The position numbers and the translations under genes are program-made. A stretch of DNA of 64,000 nt from Selaginella moellendorffii (taxonomy: Eukaryota > Plantae > Lycopodiophyta): positions 3,099,407-3,163,406 of the forward strand of contig NW_003314267.1 in assembly GCF_000143415.4 (NCBI RefSeq), read 5' to 3'. Positions 62,885 to 64,000 of the stretch are shown piece after piece. The first letter of the stretch is position 1, and the number at the start of each line of letters is the position of its first letter. Under the pieces are notes generated by a model, which did no database searches, was not told the origin of the DNA, and saw only the letters and a program-made list of their open reading frames with translations.

Positions 62885-63690
62885 CCCCAGAGCATGAAAA
62901 TTTTGGGTGGCAGCACTACAAAGAGCTGGAAGTGTATCTTTGGAGCTTTGACCTTGCAAAAGCTTTTGGTTAATCTAAGCAAATAAGAGAAATGCAATTT
63001 CAAGCTCATGCTAGTGTCTCACTTTTGTGACGTTTTCTTTGCCATATAATGACTACGAGAAGACCTGTAAATCAGAATGCCAAGGCAGCCATAACATCAA
63101 TTGACAAAACCTTGAGTTTGTTTGTGGGTGGAGCAGAAAAAGAGTGCTCTAGCTGCAATATTTTAATTTCATAGCATATGCAGTTCAGCATCTAGTTGGC
63201 GTTAAGCTTGACCAGACCATGTCCCATGAGTGGACACCATTTACCCACATGAGGCATCTTTTGTACAGGAAATTCTTGTTTTGGTTCACATTGCTGTGCG
63301 AATTGCGTTTCCTCTACACCACCCAAACTTTATCTAGGACGCAAAATGACAAGGCAAAAGCAAACTTTGATGTGTGATGGCGTGATTGAAACTCTATGTC
63401 AGTTGCCGACGGGATATTTCGATACATGGTCCCTGATCCTGTTGCAGTCCATTTGTTCACGAGCTTCCTTGTGACTAGGAATTGGTTCAAGAACATCCCC
63501 GAGTTGTAGGCCGTGGACGAGCACTTCAAGAGAAGCAGCTAAGAATACACAGTACTTTTCGCCTTATGATTTGATTGGGGATTACATCAATTATCTCTGA
63601 ATTATCTCGCTTTGTTCTCCTTCAGTGAACCTAGGCCTTCTAAAAGGAGGTATTTTCCTTGCTTCCGTGACCATGGCCATCCATGTTCCA
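62885..63690 (-). pseudogene. Truncated paralog of the lectin RLK (upstream region, TM and juxtamembrane exons)
   Basis: 62890-63130 matches 25905-26175. 63205-63690 matches blocks of 27300-27770. The ectodomain and kinase body are absent. Confidence 0.8.
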
Positions 63691-64000
63691 GTTGTGCGTG
63701 GCATGGCAAATCGAGAAGCCTTGCTAGTAAGAACCCTGCTCTGAGGAATTCTGAACATTTGCTCAAATGAAGCACAATGTAGGGACAATTTGGATTTTGT
63801 TGCTCGGTATCTGATTGACGACGTGCGTACAAAGCTACAAAGTCATGCTACTCAAAGATTCTATATCCTTTACAAATGTACAGCATTTGCCTCAAGGGGC
63901 ATTTTCAAGGTACGCAACTACTGCTTGTCCTGGTTCACTTGGCCTTGTAATCTTTCATTCTACCTAGTCTACACCACCACAACCTTCTCTTGTTTTGGTG

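Overview
Repeat-dense eukaryotic window, most likely from a non-seed land plant. The 45-71 nt introns, PLS-type PPR remnants and Tcn1-like chromoviruses suggest a spikemoss (Selaginella)-like genome (inference). One apparently intact host gene is present: an 8-exon bulb-lectin receptor-like kinase (24808-27242, minus), with a truncated paralog at ~62.9-63.7 kb. The rest is nested mobile DNA: four copies of a Tf1/Tcn1-type chromovirus (one full-length, TSD GATTG, self-priming PBS), two decayed copies plus an extra LTR of a second Ty3/gypsy family, a non-autonomous long-LTR element (TSD TCCTA), a LINE, a tandem TRIM, a 5S-containing Cassandra-type TRIM and a foldback element. The most unusual object is a 7.5-kb TIR-bounded DNA transposon (4435-11937). 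It carries a 5'-deleted Sola-type transposase and an antisense many-exon cargo gene with a methyltransferase-like and an FCP1-like domain. It also holds about 18 copies of a 22-bp palindrome ATGGCRTG-N6-CAYGCCAT, one in almost every intron of a run of tiny introns. All domain calls are by motif recognition only; no searches were run.
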